From Candidatus Latescibacterota bacterium (GTDB lineage: Bacteria; Latescibacterota; UBA2968; UBA8231): a DNA stretch of 64,000 nt. Position 1 is the stretch's first letter. The number at the start of each line of letters is the position of its first letter. Made by a program: the position numbers and the translations under genes. Where the stretch lies: the NCBI GenBank assembly GCA_964291625.2, contig OZ220089.1:3488001-3552000 (forward strand). Reading direction: 5' to 3'. The notes beneath the pieces are model-generated. The model saw only the letters and a program-made list of their open reading frames with translations, was not told where the DNA came from and did no database searches. Positions 29,297-38,399 of the stretch are shown here, in pieces.

Positions 29297-29331
29297 GCGT
29301 ATAGGTTACTGAACATCGTTGCAGGTGTCAA
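29290..29331 (-). promoter_or_regulatory. Promoter TTGACA-17-TAACCT with two tandem TGAAC-N4-KTRYA operators (candidate SOS boxes)
   Basis: -35 at 29326-29331, -10 at 29303-29308; boxes TGAACATGCGTATA 29290-29303 and TGAACATCGTTGCA 29310-29323 (+ strand). Confidence 0.65.
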
Positions 29332-29343
29332 GAGCGATCTCCT

Positions 29344-32064
29344 TCAGAACAGACCCGAGTACTTGAAGGTGAGGATGTAGTCGCGGGTGCCCTCGCGCCG
29401 GGCCCTGGGACGGGAGTCGTAGATGTCCCAGGCGAAGCCGAAGAGAAAGCGGTCCTTGTAGAGGGACAGGGCCAGCCCGAGGGAGACGGCGATGGAGTTG
29501 TCCGTGGAGAGCGCCTCCAGAACGTTGCCGATGGCGGTGAGGTGGACGCCGGATACGGCGGGGTGCTCGGCGTTGTGCCAGCCCGCGAAGGCGATGCCCG
29601 GCAGACCGATGAGCCGCTCCGTCTTGCCCTTCACGAGGCGGCCCTCTTCGTCGGTGCGGTCGCGCCCCGGGCGGATGGCGAGGAAGGAGACCAGGGGCTT
29701 GGCCTCGAAGGCCCACTTCCAGCCGCCGGACTCCAGGATCTGGGAGATCGACTGCTCCGGCCCTCCGGCGTGGCTCCGGGTGGTGAGCCGCAGGCGCACC
29801 CGTTTGATGCCGGTGTCGGTCAGGCGGAGGTTGAGGTCCTCCACGTGGACGCTGTCCTCGCTGTCGGCGTAGATCTGCACCCGGGCCTGCCGGGGACCGC
29901 CCTTGGGGTCGTAGTTCTCGTCGAGCTGGACCCACTCCACGTCGACCCGGCGCCCCACCAGGGCCTGCCGCAGGGTGTCGGGAAGGTCGATCCGCATGTC
30001 GATCCGGGTGCCGTCGCGCACCACCAGGGGCGTGGGGGTCCAGGGCACCTCCAGCGGCCGGGCTCCGGACTTGCCCGTGGCCAGCACGGAGACGATGGAC
30101 GCCAGGTCGACGACGCCCAGGGCCCCCCGTCCGCGGATCTTGATGGGCTGCGCCTTGTCGCGCACGTCGTTGCTGATCAGCAGGATCTGGCCGAAGCGCT
30201 CCCCCAGGGCCTCCGGGGAGAAGTGGATGTTCAGGGTCGTCGACTCCCCGGGGTCGAGGGAGAAGGCCGAGGGCTCCACGCGGGCCTCGCCGGTGAGGGC
30301 GCTGGCCTCCACCTGCAGGGCGGTGTCGCCGGAGTTGGTCGCCACCAGCGGCCGCTGGTCGCTCTCGCCGATGACGACGTGTCCGAAGTCGAGCACTCCG
30401 GACGGATGCAGCTCGATCTCGGCGGCGACGCCGGTGCCGGTGAGCAGCACCTCGAGGTTGGCGGCGCCGCCCTCCCAGAAGCCCTCGAGGCGCAGGGTGC
30501 CGCTCACGGGCCCGCGCGCCGAGGGCGCGAAGGTGACGCGCACCGGCAGCGAGCCCAGGCCGTTGCCGGGCAGCCGGTGTGCCCCCCCGTCGGGAGAGAC
30601 CTGCGTGAAGATGGTGAAGTCGTCGCTCGTGGAGTGGATGCGGCCGATGGAGAAGTCGGCGTTGCCGCCGTTGGTCAGCTCGATGATGCCGCTGCCGGAT
30701 TCGCCCACGGGAACCCGGCCGAAGTCGAAGGCCGTCGGCTTGAGCTGCAGAAAGCGGCCCGTCCCCTGCAGCTGCATCCGGCGGCGGCCGGCCTCGGTGT
30801 GGACCGACAGGGCGCCCTCGCGCAGGCCGACCTCCCGGGGGCGGAAGACCAGCTCCACGCGGCCGCTCTCCCCGGGGTTGAGCAGGAGCGTGCCGGTCTC
30901 CAGGTCGAACTCGGGGCCGCTGCCCTCCTCCAGCTCGAGGCGCACCAGGAAGGGGGTGCCGCCCCGGTTCCACATGAGCAGCGGCAACCGCGCCGGCTTG
31001 CCCAGGGGCACGCTGCCGAAGTCGATGGGAGAGCGGTCGAGGAGCTCCACGTGCGGCGGGCCGACCTGCCCCATGCCGGTGAGGGGGACCTCGAGGCGGC
31101 GGCGCTGCGGATCGTTGCTGGTCAGCAGGAGGGCGGCGCTGTCCGGCCCCTCGTAGCGCGGCCGGAAGCGGACTGCGACATCGCGCCGGGCCCCCGGCCC
31201 GAGCCGCAGGGGCGACTCTCCGCCCACCTCGAAGGCCTCGTCGGCCAGTTGCAGGGAGAGATCGAGATCGCCCCGACCCTGGTTGATCAGGGTGAGTCGG
31301 CGGCGGGAGGCCGCCCCCATCTCGACGGTCTCGAAGTCGATCCCCACCTCGGGCAGGGGGGAGACCGCCAGCCGCGGGGCCAGTCCCTCGCCGGCGAGGG
31401 GAACGGTCATGGCGGGCAGGTCCGCGGAGTGCACGTGCAGGCGGCCCCGGAAGGTCCCGTCGCCGGACGGGTTGAAGAGCACGCCGACCTCCGTGCGCGA
31501 GCCCGGCGCCAGAGGGCGGTCCGGGGCGCCCGCGAGCGAGAACGGCCCCGACGCGGGCTCGATGGAGAGGCTGTCGACGACCAGCTCCACGCCGCCGGGG
31601 TTCATCAGCTCCAGGGAGCGGCGCACGACCCGCCCCACCGGGGCCGGCCCGGCGTCGATCCCGGCCTCGGGGCCGGGACGCAGGCGCAGCCGCGGCCGCT
31701 CGACGGAAGCGGCGAGCCCGACGCGGGCCTGCTCGCTGCCGAAGAGCTCCCCGGTCTGCAGGGAGAGCTCGCCGGCGTGGGATCCGGTGTCAGCGGCGCT
31801 GAACTCGACGGTCAGGGAGCGGGTGGCGGCGGCCGGCAGATGGAGGGTGTCGGCGGCGACGGAGAATCCCTCGCCCTCGACCCGCAGATCGACCTCCAGG
31901 TCGTCGGCGCCGGTGTTGCGCACCGAGACCTCGAGGCGGCTGGTGCGGCCGGGCTTGAGGGCCCCGAAGTCGAGGCTGTCGGGCTGGACCTGGAGCGGCT
32001 GCGCGCCCAGCCCCGATGGGGGGAGCCACAGGGCGCCGGCGGCGAGGAGAAGGACGGCGCGCAT
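29344..32064 (-). CDS. Secreted protein with six ASH/choice-of-anchor-D Ig-like repeats and a beta-rich C-terminus
   Basis: ATG 32064, signal peptide; six repeats of (L/I)DFG...N(T/S/Q/R/P/G)G...F.P...G; ends YILTFKYSGLF. Confidence 0.8.
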   Translation of the reverse strand: MRAVLLLAAGALWLPPSGLGAQPLQVQPDSLDFGALKPGRTSRLEVSVRNTGADDLEVDLRVEGEGFSVAADTLHLPAAATRSLTVEFSAADTGSHAGELSLQTGELFGSEQARVGLAASVERPRLRLRPGPEAGIDAGPAPVGRVVRRSLELMNPGGVELVVDSLSIEPASGPFSLAGAPDRPLAPGSRTEVGVLFNPSGDGTFRGRLHVHSADLPAMTVPLAGEGLAPRLAVSPLPEVGIDFETVEMGAASRRRLTLINQGRGDLDLSLQLADEAFEVGGESPLRLGPGARRDVAVRFRPRYEGPDSAALLLTSNDPQRRRLEVPLTGMGQVGPPHVELLDRSPIDFGSVPLGKPARLPLLMWNRGGTPFLVRLELEEGSGPEFDLETGTLLLNPGESGRVELVFRPREVGLREGALSVHTEAGRRRMQLQGTGRFLQLKPTAFDFGRVPVGESGSGIIELTNGGNADFSIGRIHSTSDDFTIFTQVSPDGGAHRLPGNGLGSLPVRVTFAPSARGPVSGTLRLEGFWEGGAANLEVLLTGTGVAAEIELHPSGVLDFGHVVIGESDQRPLVATNSGDTALQVEASALTGEARVEPSAFSLDPGESTTLNIHFSPEALGERFGQILLISNDVRDKAQPIKIRGRGALGVVDLASIVSVLATGKSGARPLEVPWTPTPLVVRDGTRIDMRIDLPDTLRQALVGRRVDVEWVQLDENYDPKGGPRQARVQIYADSEDSVHVEDLNLRLTDTGIKRVRLRLTTRSHAGGPEQSISQILESGGWKWAFEAKPLVSFLAIRPGRDRTDEEGRLVKGKTERLIGLPGIAFAGWHNAEHPAVSGVHLTAIGNVLEALSTDNSIAVSLGLALSLYKDRFLFGFAWDIYDSRPRARREGTRDYILTFKYSGLF

Positions 32065-32191
32065 AAAAAAGAAAGAGCGACCAACCCACCAGAATGCCGG
32101 AAGAAACGTTGTCGAAGTTCCACATTCAAGAAGAGTGGAAAACTTCCAGCGGGGCAAACTGTGATGTGAGTTCAGGTCACTCTTTGCCCGC

Positions 32192-32220
32192 AAGGTAGAG
32201 GCGGAGGCTGTGGAAGTCAA
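32192..32220 (-). promoter_or_regulatory. Sigma70-type promoter TTGACT-17-TACCTT followed by a structured 5' leader
   Basis: -35 at 32215-32220, -10 at 32192-32197. Confidence 0.55.
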
Positions 32221-32233
32221 GCGCGGGGCCTCC

Positions 32234-33421
32234 TCAGCCGCGGTCCTGCAGGATGGGGTCCAGGCCGCGGACCAGGCGGTCCATTCCTTCCTCGACGGTG
32301 TGCGGCTCCAGGGCGCCGTAGGCGATGCGGATGCAGCAGGAGTCGGTCAGTCCGAAGCCGCTCCCGGGGATGACGGCGACACCGTGCTCGCGCACCAGCC
32401 GCTCGACGACGCCCATCGACGGCAGCCGCGTCTCCAGGCGCGCCAGCAGGTAGAAGGCGCCGTTGGCCTCGGGCACCACGCACCGGGGCTCCAGCTCGCT
32501 CAACCGCTCCAGGCACATGGCGCGCACGCGGTCGAGGCCGTCGACGTAACCACGGAACCAGGCCGGCCCGGCGCGCAGGGCCCCCGCCGCCGCCAGCTGC
32601 GAGACCACGGGGGGGCAGATCAGGATCGTGTCCTGGCTCTTCTGCAGCCCCCGGATCAGCCGCCGCGGGGCCACGGCGTAGCCGACGCGCCAGTTGGCCA
32701 GTCCGTACGACTTGGAGAAGGAGAACAGGGAGAGCGTGTGGCCGGCGCTGCCGGGGAGAGAGCCCGGCGACAGGTGGCCGGCGCCGTAGGTGAAGTGCTC
32801 GTAGGCCTCGTCGCTGACGTGGTAGATGCCGCGGCGGCGGCACAGGTCGTTGACCGCGGCCAGGGCCCCCGGGTCGTAGACCACCCCGGCCGGGTTGTTC
32901 GGCGAGATGGTGACGACCATGCGCGTGCGGCCGGTGACGGCGGCCTCCACGGCGTCGACGCGAAGGCCGTAGCGCTCGTCGGTGGGCACCTCCACGGCGC
33001 GGCAGTTGGCCATGGCGATGGCCATCTCGTGATTGAAGTAGAACGGCGACATGACCACCACCTCGTCGCCCGGGTCGCAGGCGCACAGCACCATGTGGTA
33101 GAAGGCCATGTTGCTGCCGGCGGTGACGAACAGCACCTGCTCGGCGTCGTCGACGTCGATGCCGTTCTCGGCGGACAGCTTGAGGCGCAGGCCCTCGTGC
33201 AGCTCGGGGATCCCGGCGGCGTCGCGGTAGTGGTGCTCCGCCGCATCGCCGCCGAAGGCGGCCACCGCCTCGAGAGCCTCGGGGGGCGGGCCGTAGTGCA
33301 CGACCCCCTGCCCGAGGGAGATCGTCCCCGGGTTCTGGCGGATGAGGGCGGCCACGTCGGGGATGACGGGCGCCTGCACCGCCTCCATGCGCGCCGACAG
33401 CGGGGCGGGGGGCTCAGCCAC
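32234..33421 (-). CDS. Class I/II PLP-dependent aminotransferase
   Basis: ISLGQG, SPNNPAG, SDEAY, FSFSKSYGLANWRVGY, GAFY. Confidence 0.95.
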   Translation of the reverse strand: MAEPPAPLSARMEAVQAPVIPDVAALIRQNPGTISLGQGVVHYGPPPEALEAVAAFGGDAAEHHYRDAAGIPELHEGLRLKLSAENGIDVDDAEQVLFVTAGSNMAFYHMVLCACDPGDEVVVMSPFYFNHEMAIAMANCRAVEVPTDERYGLRVDAVEAAVTGRTRMVVTISPNNPAGVVYDPGALAAVNDLCRRRGIYHVSDEAYEHFTYGAGHLSPGSLPGSAGHTLSLFSFSKSYGLANWRVGYAVAPRRLIRGLQKSQDTILICPPVVSQLAAAGALRAGPAWFRGYVDGLDRVRAMCLERLSELEPRCVVPEANGAFYLLARLETRLPSMGVVERLVREHGVAVIPGSGFGLTDSCCIRIAYGALEPHTVEEGMDRLVRGLDPILQDRG

Positions 33422-34328
33422 GAAGGACCGCCTGCAGGCGGTCGTGGAGCCGGTCGAGCTCGCGGCGGGTCTCGTCGTCGAGGTGGAAGGCCAGCGGCCC
33501 CCGGTGCACCTGGTTCGGGAACAGGCCCTGGCGGTGCATCAGGTAGCGCTCGGTGACGATGTAGCCGTCGAGGCCGCCCTGCATCTGCAGGGTGGCGATG
33601 GCGCAGACCGGCAGGTAGACCTCGTAGGCGCGCTCCCAGTCGCCGGCCTCGCAGGCCCTCCACAGGGCGACGAGGCCGTCGAGCAGCTCGACGCCGGGAA
33701 TGGTGCCGGCCACGCCCCTGCGATAGGAATCGATGAGCAGCACGCCGCCGCTGCCCTCGAAGATCGCCGCGCGGCCTCCGGTGAGGTCGCGCAGGCCGGA
33801 GATGCGCGGCCCCAGGGGCGCGGCCTCCGGCTTGAACAGCACCCGTTCGCCGTGGCGGCGGAACAGCCCGGCCTGGAACTCCAGGCTCATGGGACGGCCC
33901 ACGTACCCCGAGGCGTCCTGGACGAGGACCGGCAGCGAGACCTCCTCCAGCAGGGACTCGAAGTACTCCGCCAGCTGCGGCTCGGCCAGCCCCTGCGACA
34001 GGGGCGGCATGGCCATCAGGGCGCCGGCGCCGCCGTCCTCCGCGGCGCGGGCGAAGCGGCGGGCCTGCACGGTGCTCTCGGCGCCGACGCTGATCACCAC
34101 CGGCCCGCGGCCCTCGGCGAACCCGGCGAGGCGGCCCGGGATCTCCTCGCGCTCGGCGGCGGTCAGGCGCAGGGTGTCGGAGACCAGCCCCAGGCACAGG
34201 CCGTCGGCGCCGGTCTCGAAGAGGTGGTCCACCTGCCGGTGCAGGGTGTCGTAGTCGATCCCGAGATCCTCGCGGTAGGGCATGTGCACGACGGGCAGCA
34301 CCCCGCGGATCTCCTGCTCACGGCTCAT
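33414..34328 (-). CDS. Dihydrodipicolinate synthase family aldolase/lyase
   Basis: RGVLPVVHMPY, GLVSD, LVQDAS, LFKPE (Schiff-base Lys). Confidence 0.88.
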   Translation of the reverse strand: MSREQEIRGVLPVVHMPYREDLGIDYDTLHRQVDHLFETGADGLCLGLVSDTLRLTAAEREEIPGRLAGFAEGRGPVVISVGAESTVQARRFARAAEDGGAGALMAMPPLSQGLAEPQLAEYFESLLEEVSLPVLVQDASGYVGRPMSLEFQAGLFRRHGERVLFKPEAAPLGPRISGLRDLTGGRAAIFEGSGGVLLIDSYRRGVAGTIPGVELLDGLVALWRACEAGDWERAYEVYLPVCAIATLQMQGGLDGYIVTERYLMHRQGLFPNQVHRGPLAFHLDDETRRELDRLHDRLQAVLRG

Positions 34329-35182
34329 TCGTCGCTCTCCCGGCCGCCGCGGCGGCGCACCCGCAGCAGCAGGTCTCGCAGGTGGGGCGCGGCGGCGGCC
34401 ATGTAGACAGGGAACTTGCGGCTGCGGTCGTAGGTCGGCTCGCGGCCGTCGCCGAGAAAGCAGCAGGCGCCGGCTTCCTCGGCGATCAGGGAGGGTGGTC
34501 CCACGTCGTAGACCTCGACCTGCCGCGTGAGGTAGGCGGCGAGGTCGCCCTCGGCGAGCCGGGTCAGCACGAGGGCGGCCCCCATGGGGTAGTCGAGGGG
34601 CTCCAGATGCTCCCGGGCGGCGGCCCGGTAGCGCCGCGCCTTGGTGGAGACGAAGGCCTTCTTCGTGCGCGGCCTCTCCGGCAGACGCAGCGGCTTCGGG
34701 GCCCCCGTCCCGACCTGGACCCAGGCGCCGCGGCCGCGCACCGCGGTGAACAGCTTGTCCTCCGTGGGGCGGGCGACGGCGGCGGCGATCATGTACCCGG
34801 CGCGGGCCAGGCCGATGCAGATGTGGTACGGGGCGTCGCCGCGCTGGAAGTGGAGGGTGCCGTCGATGGGATCGAGGATGACCACCTCGTCGCCGCCGTT
34901 GCCGGCGAAGGCGCGGCGCATGGCGGTGCGCTCCTCGGCGATGCAGCGCACCCGGGGGAAGCGGGCGTGGACGGCGCCCAGGATGAGATCCTGAAAGGCG
35001 GAGTCGAGGACGGTGAGCGCCCCCGAGGCCTGCTGCGCTCGGGACCCGGTGAGAGAGGTGTCGGCCTTCTTGCCCACGTCGGCCACGGCGCCGTGGAAAG
35101 GCCGCGACGCGGCGGCGCACTGGCGGACCACGGGCAGGACCGCGTCCAGGAACCGCTGGGGCTGGATGGCCATTCCGATCAC
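34325..35182 (-). CDS. Inositol monophosphatase family protein
   Basis: IAEE, ILDPIDGT, YDVGPPSLIAEEAG; start may be 35173. Confidence 0.88.
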   Translation of the reverse strand: MIGMAIQPQRFLDAVLPVVRQCAAASRPFHGAVADVGKKADTSLTGSRAQQASGALTVLDSAFQDLILGAVHARFPRVRCIAEERTAMRRAFAGNGGDEVVILDPIDGTLHFQRGDAPYHICIGLARAGYMIAAAVARPTEDKLFTAVRGRGAWVQVGTGAPKPLRLPERPRTKKAFVSTKARRYRAAAREHLEPLDYPMGAALVLTRLAEGDLAAYLTRQVEVYDVGPPSLIAEEAGACCFLGDGREPTYDRSRKFPVYMAAAAPHLRDLLLRVRRRGGRESDE

Positions 35183-35207
35183 ATCCGGTCCGGCCGAGGG
35201 GCTCGCC

Positions 35208-37517
35208 TCAGCCGGCGGCCTCCGGCCAGCTCCGGGGCTGCAGGGCCTGCATCACCTTGTCCGGGCTCATGGGCAGCTCCGTCAGCCGTTCGCCGATGGC
35301 GTCGGCCACGGCGTTGGCGATCGCCGCCAGGGGCGGCACCAGCGGCACCTCGCCGACACCGCGGATGCCGTGGGGCGAGGCGGGGTTGGGCACCTCCACG
35401 AGGATCGTCTCCACCAGGGGCAGGTCGAGGGTGGTGGGCATCCGGTAGTCGAGGAAGGTGGGGTTGGCCATGGAGCCGTCCTCGTTGTAGAAGTAGCCCT
35501 CGGTGAGGGCCCAGCCGATCCCCTGGACGACGCCGCCCTGGATCTGGCCCTCCACGTAGCTCGGGTGGATGGCCTTGCCGACGTCCTGCACCGCGGTGTA
35601 GCGCAGGACCGCCACCTTGCCGGTCTCGGGGTCGACCTCGACATCGACGACGTGGGCGGCGAAGGCGCTGCCGGGGCCCGAGGCGTTGACGGCGCCCGCC
35701 CCCTCGATGGGACCGCCGGTCGAGCCCTGGTCGGCGGCGACCTCGGCGAAGGTGAGCTTCTTCGACGGGTCCGACTTGCAGACGAAGACGGCTCCCTCGC
35801 GCCACTCCACGTCGCCTTCGTCGACCTCCAGCTGCCGGGCGGCGCGCTCGCACATCTTCTGCTTGGTGTCCTCCGCCGCCAGGAAGCAGGCGTGGCCCGT
35901 GGCGTAGCAGACGCGGCTGCCCCCGGTGCCGTCGTGGTAGCCGATGGAGTCGGTGTCGACGACGGCGGGATTCACGTGGCCCACGTCGACCCCCAGGGCC
36001 TCGGCGACGATCATGGCCATGGCGGCCCGTGAGCCGCCGATGTCGGCGGAGCCTTCCTCCAGGCTGACCATGCCGTCGGTGTGGACGTGGATGTTGGCCG
36101 ACGACTGGCCGCCGCCGTTGAACCAGAAGCCTCCGGCCACCCCGCGTCCGGTGAAGGGGCCCTCGGGCTTGGGGCTGCGGTAGTGCTCGGACTCGAGGGC
36201 GGCGGTGACCGTCTCCTCGCAGCCGATGCGGTTGTAGACCGTGCCGTCGGCGCGGCGGGTGCCCTCGCGGGAGGAGTTCTTCAGGCGCAGCTCGAGGGGA
36301 TCCATGCCGATGAGCCCGGCCAGCTCGTCGAGGATCGACTCCGAGGCGTGGGCGGCGTTGGGGGCGCCCGGGGCCCGGTAGGCGGTGGACTTGGGTTTGT
36401 TGAGGACCACGTCGAGGGCGTCGATGCGCACGTTGGGGATGTCGTACGGCGCGAAGATGCACGAGGCGCCGGCGCCGACGGCCGAGCCGGGGAAGGCGCC
36501 GGCCTCGTAGGCCATCCACGCCTCGGCGGCGGTCAGGGTGCCGTCGCGGCGGACGCCCATCTTGCAGCGGACGACGCCGCCGGGCGCGGGCCCCGACCCC
36601 TCGAAGACCTCGGCCCGGGACATGGTCATCTTCACCGGCCGTCCGGTCTTGTGGGACATGACCGCCGCCGCCGGCTCCATGTAGATGGGGAACTTGCCGC
36701 CGAAGCCGCCGCCGATCTCGCAGGGGATGACCTTCACCTTGCCGATGGGCACGTGCAGGACCTCGGCCACCTGGGAACGGATCTGGAAGGGGCCCTGGGT
36801 GCTGACCCAGACGGTGATCGAGCCGTCCTGCTTCCACAGGACGGTGGTGTTGTGGGGCTCGATGTAGCCTTGGTGCACGGTGGCGGTGCGGAACTCGCGC
36901 TCGACGATCTCGTCGGCCTCGGCGAAGCCGGCCTCCACGTCCCCCAGCTCCTGGCGGTTGTGGGAGGCGATGTTGCTGCTGCGGTCGGTGCTCTCCCCCA
37001 AAAGGCGGGTGGTGCGGTTCTCGTCCAGCAGCGGCGCGTCTTCCTTCATCGCCTCGAGGATATCGACCACCGCCAGCAGAGGCTCGTAGTCGACCTCGAT
37101 CAGCTCGAGGGCTTCCTCGGCGATGTGGGGGCTGGTGGCGGCCACGGCGGCCACCGCATGTCCCTTGTAGAGCACCTTGCCCGAGGCCAGGGAGTTGGAG
37201 GCGACCTCGCGGATGTTGACCAGGGTCTCGCCGATGTCGGAGAGCTTGTCGACGGTCTCCACCAGGTCGTCGGCGGTGGCCACGGCGCGCACGCCTTCCA
37301 GCTGCAGGGCCCGCGAGGTGTCGATGCCGCGGATGCGGGCGTGGGCGTGGGGCGAGCGCAGCATCTTGCCGTAGAGGACGTCGGCGGGGCGCACGTCGGC
37401 GCCGTACACGGCGCGGCCGGTGACCTTGTCCTCCCCGTCGTGGCGGATCGGGCGGGTGCCGATGACCCGGAACTTGCCGCCGCTGGTGTATTCGGGGTAC
37501 GCAGGGTTGGTGGACAT
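35208..37517 (-). CDS. Xanthine dehydrogenase/aldehyde oxidase family molybdopterin-binding large subunit
   Basis: KVTGRAVY, LRSPHAHA, IGGGFGGK, AYRAPG, EGQIQGG, RGVGE; ATG 37517 with AGGAG RBS. Confidence 0.95.
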   Translation of the reverse strand: MSTNPAYPEYTSGGKFRVIGTRPIRHDGEDKVTGRAVYGADVRPADVLYGKMLRSPHAHARIRGIDTSRALQLEGVRAVATADDLVETVDKLSDIGETLVNIREVASNSLASGKVLYKGHAVAAVAATSPHIAEEALELIEVDYEPLLAVVDILEAMKEDAPLLDENRTTRLLGESTDRSSNIASHNRQELGDVEAGFAEADEIVEREFRTATVHQGYIEPHNTTVLWKQDGSITVWVSTQGPFQIRSQVAEVLHVPIGKVKVIPCEIGGGFGGKFPIYMEPAAAVMSHKTGRPVKMTMSRAEVFEGSGPAPGGVVRCKMGVRRDGTLTAAEAWMAYEAGAFPGSAVGAGASCIFAPYDIPNVRIDALDVVLNKPKSTAYRAPGAPNAAHASESILDELAGLIGMDPLELRLKNSSREGTRRADGTVYNRIGCEETVTAALESEHYRSPKPEGPFTGRGVAGGFWFNGGGQSSANIHVHTDGMVSLEEGSADIGGSRAAMAMIVAEALGVDVGHVNPAVVDTDSIGYHDGTGGSRVCYATGHACFLAAEDTKQKMCERAARQLEVDEGDVEWREGAVFVCKSDPSKKLTFAEVAADQGSTGGPIEGAGAVNASGPGSAFAAHVVDVEVDPETGKVAVLRYTAVQDVGKAIHPSYVEGQIQGGVVQGIGWALTEGYFYNEDGSMANPTFLDYRMPTTLDLPLVETILVEVPNPASPHGIRGVGEVPLVPPLAAIANAVADAIGERLTELPMSPDKVMQALQPRSWPEAAG

Positions 37518-37670
37518 CGTTCTCTCCTGGGAAGGGGCGCGGGAGGTGCCGCGCGAAGAGCGAGCTACGGTAGGCAGGCCCCGGATTCCTGTCAACGAGA
37601 GGGAGGGGGCGTGCACCGGAACCGGGAGGCCTGCTTGTTCCCGGCGGCCGAGGCGGTTTTCCTCAGAGCC

Positions 37671-38399
37671 ATGAACTGGGAGACGGCGCCGGTCCCTCCG
37701 GCCCTCGGCGCGGGCGAGGTCCACGTGTGGCGGGTCCACCTCGGGATCGCCGGCGCCTGCGGGGATCCCCCGGACGAGGCCGCCCTCGCCGCCGAGGAGC
37801 GGGAACGTGCCTCGAGCTATCCCGCCGGCGAGCCCCGGCGCCGCTTCCTGACCTCCCGCGCGAGACTGCGGTCCCTGCTGTCCGGCTACCTGGGCGCCGC
37901 CCCCCGCGAGGTCCGGCTGGCCTACGGGGAGCAGGGCAAGCCCTCCCTTCGCGAGCCGGCCGCGGACCTCACCTTCAACCTCTCCCACTCGGGGGACCTG
38001 CTGCTGCTGGCCTTCGGCCGCGGACGGGAGCTGGGCATCGACGTGGAGCGGACGGGGCGCGACGTGGCCTGGGAGCGGGTGGCGCGGCGGTTCTTCGAGA
38101 GGCGGGAGCTGGAGGCCCTGCGGAGCCTGCCCGCGGCGGAGCGCCGGGCCGCCTTCTTCCGCTGCTGGACCCGCAAGGAAGCGTTCGTGAAGGCCACCGG
38201 CCGCGGCGTCACCCAGGGCCTGCGGAGCTTCGCCGTCTCCCTGGACCCGGCCGCCGCCGCCCTGACCTGGATCCAGGGCGGGGACCCCGCCGACTGGGGC
38301 ATGGCCGATGTCGACGCCGGGCCGGGGCACGCCGCCGCCGTGTGCGCCGCCGGACGCGGCTGGTCGCTCCGCTGCTTCGAGCCGGCGCCGGCCAGCTAG
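37671..38399 (+). CDS. Sfp-type 4'-phosphopantetheinyl transferase
   Basis: GKP, FNLSHSG, LGIDVE, WTRKEAFVKATGRG. Confidence 0.93.
   Translation: MNWETAPVPPALGAGEVHVWRVHLGIAGACGDPPDEAALAAEERERASSYPAGEPRRRFLTSRARLRSLLSGYLGAAPREVRLAYGEQGKPSLREPAADLTFNLSHSGDLLLLAFGRGRELGIDVERTGRDVAWERVARRFFERRELEALRSLPAAERRAAFFRCWTRKEAFVKATGRGVTQGLRSFAVSLDPAAAALTWIQGGDPADWGMADVDAGPGHAAAVCAAGRGWSLRCFEPAPAS

Noticed and set aside
32065-32191. c-di-GMP-I riboswitch (GGGCAAA seed)
   Set aside because: The GAAA-loop and GACGCAAAG elements of the consensus are absent; kept only as an unclassified leader.
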